64,000 nucleotides of DNA, taken from contig CATNEN010000038.1 in the NCBI GenBank assembly GCA_950097015.1, forward strand, positions 29,946,001 to 30,010,000, in the 5' to 3' direction. This stretch comes from Macrostomum hystrix (lineage: Eukaryota > Animalia > Platyhelminthes). This document shows positions 58,082-64,000 of this stretch, piece after piece (within the stretch, counting starts at the first letter, position 1; every line of letters starts with the position of its first letter). A program made the position numbers and the translations under genes. The notes under the pieces were generated by a model. The model saw only the letters and a program-made list of their open reading frames with translations, ran no database searches and had not been told where the DNA came from.

Positions 58082-58692
58082 TTTTAAGGTACTTCGATTC
58101 CCAAATGGCTTAACCTTACAGAAGTAAATGTGATTTGAATATATTCATGTCCGGTTTCTACTAAAAAAGTTAAATTTTCAAGTCTAGATACTTTTCCTCT
58201 TTTCAGTTCGAGCTATTAACAAGGATTCACTGAAAATCATTTACTTTCTAGCACTGTCACATTACATTCGAACTCTGTTGGTTTCTAAGAAGCTATCCCT
58301 TCACTTCTACTCTTGCATTCCATACCTCCATTTCCTTTCAACCCCCTAAAAGAGGTCGATTATCGATTTCTTTAGCTACTTTTTTCCTACTTTTTCTCGA
58401 AGAAGGCCAATTTTTTTTCCTCCTGCTCTCTAGCATCCTAGCGCTCTCTCGGCCGTCATATCTCGAAGCAAAAACTCTGTCCCGTCTATTTCCTTTACTT
58501 CACGGTCGCCTAAAAGCAATGGGCGCCCTTTGCCGATAAGCTCCGAGCATTGATTATGGTCGACGAGCTTTCATTTTTGGCGAAACAAAACACTCTCCGA
58601 AGCCTTTATTCAGAACCCTCTGGAAGCTACCAAAGCCCCCGTACTACATCCATGTGAGTAGGCAAACTTTGGAATGTGCAAGCCTCGAGACT

Positions 58693-59103
58693 GAGAGATG
58701 AGACACGGGAGAGATGAGACACGGGAGAGATGAGACACGGGAGAGATGAGACACGGGAGAGATGAGACACGGGAGAGATGAGACACGGGAGAGATGAGAC
58801 ACGGGAGAGATGAGACACGGGAGAGATGAGACACGGGAGAGTTGAGACACGGAAGAGATGAGACACGGGAGAGATGAGACAGGGGAGAGATGAGACACGG
58901 GAGAGTTGAGACACGGGAGAGATGAGACAGGGGAGAGATGAGACAGGGGAGAGATGACACACAGGAGAGATGAGACAGGGGAGAGATGAGACAGGGGAGA
59001 GATGAGACAGGGGAGAGATGAGACACAGGAGAGATGAGATACGGGAGAGATTGGAGACATGGGAGACATAAGGGATTGTATAGGTGAGATGGGAGAGATG
59101 AGA
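58693..59103 (+). repeat. 17-bp minisatellite (GGAGAGATGAGACACG/AGG), third locus of this family
   Basis: Direct reading. Confidence 0.95.
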
Positions 59104-59777
59104 TAGTATAGATTAGAGGGCCGGATTGCAGGGCCAATTTTGCCCAATCTGCTAATTTCCAACTGCAGTCAGCACATGGAGTGCCCGCATTTCTAACCCT
59201 AACCCGAACCGCATTCTGACCTGCTGAAGCAGTCCTCAAAAATAGTCTAAAAAAACACAGAGCTCGTGAGCTAGATGGCGAATCGCCTTCACAGTGTCGT
59301 GTGACGTAATCAACTCAAGGAAAAAGCCGACTTTCGAGCCGACCCGCACATTGGCAAATCCTTCGACTAAGCTGCCTCCGCAGCATCCCAAGAGGCTGCG
59401 AAATCCCCACTCTCATGCAGGAAACTCTCAGCCTGCTCTTCCGTTGGTCCCGTCCGACGGCCTCCAGCTTCGCGCCCGCAGTCGGCTCTCGAATTCAACA
59501 ACAAGGGAGTTATTACGCTGAGTTTGTGTAGGGCGTAATTTAATCTAGCGAATTTGCCTGCCTTCTCTCATTCACTCTCTATATGGGGCGTCACATTGCT
59601 TGTTCGATCGTTCTTCTTGTTTTGTTGTGAATCAAGATTTTCTAGTCATGACGCAATCATGAAAATGTTTTGAGTACAGACTCAGCGACTGAAAAGTAAT
59701 AAATGAAATTTTTGTGTGTATCTTTTTTTTGACGACACTAGCTGCCATTTTTCAGACAGTTTCCTTGCTATTGTTTT

Positions 59778-62700
59778 GCTGCGATTCTTGCTGCGATTCT
59801 TACTGCGATTCTTGCTGCGATTCTTGCTGCGATTCTTGCTGCGATTCTTGCTGCGATTCTTGCTGCGATTCTTGCTGCGATTCTTGCTGCGATTCTTGTT
59901 ACGATTCTTGCTACGATTCATGCTACGGTTCTTGCTACGATTCTTGTTACGATTCTTGCTACGATTCTTGCTACGATTCTTGTTACGATTCTTGCTACGA
60001 TTCATGCTACGGTTCTTGCTACGATTCATGCTACGGTTCTTGCTACGATTCATGCTACGGTTCTTGCTACGATTCTTGTTACGATTCTTGCTACGATTCA
60101 TGCTACGGTTCTTGCTACGATTCATGCTACGGTTCTTGCTACGATTCATGCTACGGTTCTTGCTACGATTCTTGTTACGATTCTTGCTACGATTCCTGCT
60201 AGGTTCTTGCTACGATTCATGCTACGGTTCTTGCTACGATTCATGCTACGGTTCTTGCTACGATTCATGCTACGAGTCTGCTACGTTCTGCTACGATTCA
60301 TTGTTACGAGTCTTGCTACATTCATGCTACGGTTCTTGCTACGATTCTTGTTACGATTCTTGCTACGATTCATGCTACGGTTCTTGCTACGATTCATGCT
60401 ACGGTTCTTGCTACGATTCATGCTACGGTTCTTGCTACGATTCTTGTTACGATTCTTGCTACGATTCAATTCATGCTACGGTTCTTGCTACGATTCATGC
60501 TACGGTTCTTGCTACGATTCATGCTACGGTTCTTGCTACGATTCTTGTTACGATTCTTGCTACGATTCATGCTACGGTTCTTGCTACGATTCATGCTACG
60601 GTTCTTGCTACGATTCATGCTACGGTTCTTGCTACGATTCTTGTTACGATTCTTGCTACGATTCATGCTACGGTTCTTGCTACGATTCATGCTACGGTTC
60701 TTGCTACGATTCATGCTACGGTTCTTGCTACGATTCTTGTTACGATTCTGCTACGATTCTTGCTACGATTCTTGTTACGATTCTTGCTACGATTCATGCT
60801 ACGGTTCTTGCTACGATTCATGCTACGGTTCTTGCTACGATTCATGCTACGGTTCTTGCTACGATTCTTGTTACGATTCTTGCTACGATTCATGCTACGG
60901 TTCTTGCTACGATTCATGCTACGGTTCTTGCTACGATTCATGCTACGGTTCTTGCTACGATTCTTGTTACGATTCTTGCTACGATTCATGCTACGGTTCT
61001 TGCTACGATTCATGCTACGGTTCTTGCTACGATTCATGCTACGGTTCTTGCTACGATTCTTGTTACGATTCTTGCTACGATTCATGCTACGGTTCTTGCT
61101 ACGATTCATGCTACGGTTCTTGCTACGATTCATGCTACGGTTCTTGCTACGATTCTTGTTACGATTCTTGCTACGATTCATGCTACGGTTCTTGCTACGA
61201 TTCATGCTACGGTTCTTGCTACGATTCATGCTACGGTTCTTGCTACGATTCTTGTTACGATTCTTGCTACGATTCATGCTACGGTTCTTGCTACGATTCA
61301 TGCTACGGTTCTTGCTACGATTCATGCTACGGTTCTTGCTACGATTCTTGTTACGATTCTTGCTACGATTCTTGCTACGATTCTTGTTACGATTCTTGCT
61401 ACGATTCATGCTACGGTTCTTGCTACGATTCATGCTACGGTTCTTGCTACGATTCATGCTACGGTTCTTGCTACGATTCTTGTTACGATTCTTGCTACGA
61501 TTCATGCTACGGTTCTTGCTACGATTCATGCTACGGTTCTTGCTACGATTCATGCTACGGTTCTTGCTACGATTCTTGTTACGATTCTTGCTACGATTCA
61601 TGCTACGGTTCTTGCTACGATTCATGCTACGGTTCTTGCTACGATTCATGCTACGGTTCTTGCTACGATTCTTGTTACGATTCTTGCTACGATTCATGCT
61701 ACGGTTCTTGCTACGATTCATGCTACGGTTCTTGCTACGATTCATGCTACGGTTCTTGCTACGATTCTTGTTACGATTCTTGCTACGATTCATGCTACGG
61801 TTCTTGCTACGATTCATGCTACGGTTCTTGCTACGATTCATGCTACGGTTCTTGCTACGATTCTTGTTACGATTCTTGCTACGATTCTTGCTACGATTCT
61901 TGCTACGATTCTTGTTACGATTCTTGCTACGATTCATGCTACGGTTCTTGCTACGATTCTTGTTACGATTCTTGCTACGATTCTTGCTACGATTCATGCT
62001 ACGGTTCTTGCTACGATTCATGCTACGGTTCTTGCTACGATTCATGCTACGGTTCTTGCTACGATTCTTGTTACGATTCTTGCTACGATTCTTGCTACGA
62101 TTCTTGCTACGGTTCTTGCTACGATTCTTGTTACGATTCTTGCTACGATTCTTGCTACGATTCTTGCTACGATTCTTGTTACGATTCTTGTTACGATTCT
62201 TGCTACGATTCATGCTACGGTTCTTGCTACGATTCATGCTACGGTTCTTGCTACGATTCATGCTACGGTTCTTGCTACGATTCTTGTTACGATTCTTGCT
62301 ACGATTCATGCTACGGTTCTTGCTACGATTCATGCTACGGTTCTTGCTACGATTCATGCTACGGTTCTTGCTACGATTCTTGTTACGATTCTTGCTACGA
62401 TTCTTGCTACGATTCTTGTTACGATTCTTGCTACGATTCATGCTACGGTTCTTGCTACGATTCATGCTACGGTTCTTGCTACGATTCATGCTACGGTTCT
62501 TGCTACGATTCTTGTTACGATTCTTGCTACGATTCATGCTACGGTTCTTGCTACGATTCATGCTACGGTTCTTGCTACGATTCATGCTACGGTTCTTGCT
62601 ACGATTCTTGTTACGATTCTTGCTACGATTCATGCTACGGTTCTTGCTACGATTCATGCTACGGTTCTTGCTACGATTCATGCTACGGTTCTTGCTACGA

Positions 62701-63630
62701 TTCTTGTTACGATTCTTGCTACGATTCATGCTACGGTTCTTGCTACGATTCATGCTACGGTTCTTGCTACGATTCATGCTACGGTTCTTGCTACGATTCT
62801 TGTTACGATTCTTGCTACGATTCATGCTACGGTTCTTGCTACGATTCATGCTACGGTTCTTGCTACGATTCATGCTACGGTTCTTGCTACGATTCTTGTT
62901 ACGATTCTTGCTACGATTCTTGCTACGATTCTTGCTACGATTCTTGTTACGATTCTTGCTACGATTCATGCTACGGTTCTTGCTACGATTCTTGTTACGA
63001 TTCTTGCTACGATTCTTGCTACGATTCATGCTACGGTTCTTGCTACGATTCATGCTACGGTTCTTGCTACGATTCATGCTACGGTTCTTGCTACGATTCT
63101 TGTTACGATTCTTGCTACGATTCTTGCTACGATTCTTGCTACGGTTCTTGCTACGATTCTTGTTACGATTCTTGCTACGATTCTTGCTACGATTCTTGCT
63201 ACGATTCTTGTTACGATTCTTGCTACGATTCATGCTACGGTTCTTGCTACGATTCTTGTTACGATTCTTGCTACGATTCTTGCTACGGTTCTTGCTACGG
63301 TTCTTGCTACGATTCTTGTTACGATTCTTGCTACGATTCTTGCTGCGGTTCTTGCTACGGTTCTTGTTACGATTCTTGCTACGATTCTTGCTACGGTTCT
63401 TGCTACGATTCTTGTTACGATTCTTGCTACGATTCTTGCTACGATTCTTGCTACGATTCTTGTTACGATTCTTGCTACGATTCATGCTACGGTTCTTGCT
63501 ACGGTTCTTGCTACGATTCTTGCTACGATTCTTGCTACGATTCTTGCTGCGGTTCTTGCTACGGTTCTTGTTACGATTCTTGCTGCGATCCTTGCTGCGA
63601 TTCTTGCTGCGGTTCTTGCTACGATTCATT
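59778..63630. repeat. 12-bp satellite (ACGATTCTTGCT variants) organised as a 96-bp higher-order repeat, ~3.85 kb
   Basis: Direct reading. Confidence 0.97.
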
Positions 63631-64000
63631 CTCAATTCTGGCTATGCATCCAGTCGTTGTGAAAATGTTCCGTACATTTTACCGCCAGGTGAAACACTGG
63701 GGAACTAACTGTCTCTTAGTGTCTTAAAGTCACGACTTGGTGAATATAGTTTTAGGAAATTGTGTAACAATCGTAAAAAAACTGGACTTAGAAATTTGTG
63801 ACCAGTCCAGCCAGTATATTTAAGTCTACCAACTGGTATAAAAAAAGCAGCGTGGCAGAAGCCAACCACCCCCGAATTGTGACACAAAATTATTTCAAAG
63901 TGTCAGCCGACACACAAGCATGAAAGCGAATTTCAAACAACACATTGAAGCCCTATATAAATAACGTTTTGTTCTCCCTTTCAACACATTTTGCTAGCCC

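Noticed and set aside
59682-63727. Very long ORFs (974-1330 aa) in several frames
   Set aside because: Artefacts of a stop-free 12-bp repeat; overlapping frames on both strands and no domain content. The same applies to ORFs in the arrays at 19.7-23.8, 27.2-29.3, 30.0-30.6, 33.9-34.2, 42-49.9 and 58.6-59.2 kb.

Overview
Repeat-rich animal genomic DNA. Gene style, SINEs and about 30% micro/minisatellite content suggest an invertebrate such as a free-living flatworm (inference only). Host genes: an intronless glutaminyl cyclase (1791-2735), a secreted C-type lectin (15779-16519), a decayed fibrinogen-related domain (~17576-18156), a 4-exon rhodopsin-class GPCR (31120-33857) and the large first exon of a protocadherin (52658-55429). 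The main element is an intact, apparently very young Ty3/gypsy retrotransposon (5364-14206; 794-bp LTRs, TTAG target duplication, gag/-1 frameshift/pol). It has three unusual features. (i) A tandem array of three 'LTR-end + tRNA-Leu-type PBS' modules, two of them inside both LTRs. (ii) Two exact internal copies of its polypurine tract inside pol. (iii) A non-env third ORF (384 aa; acidic, Q/P-rich, basic) behind its own TATA/CCAAT/E-box promoter-like spacer. Also present: a MULE-type element nested in a hAT-type element and seeding a satellite, two inverted copies of a dead RNase H-bearing LINE segment, five copies of a tRNA-derived SINE, a CORE-like SINE and about 17 tandem arrays. Coordinates were read by eye and array boundaries are approximate.
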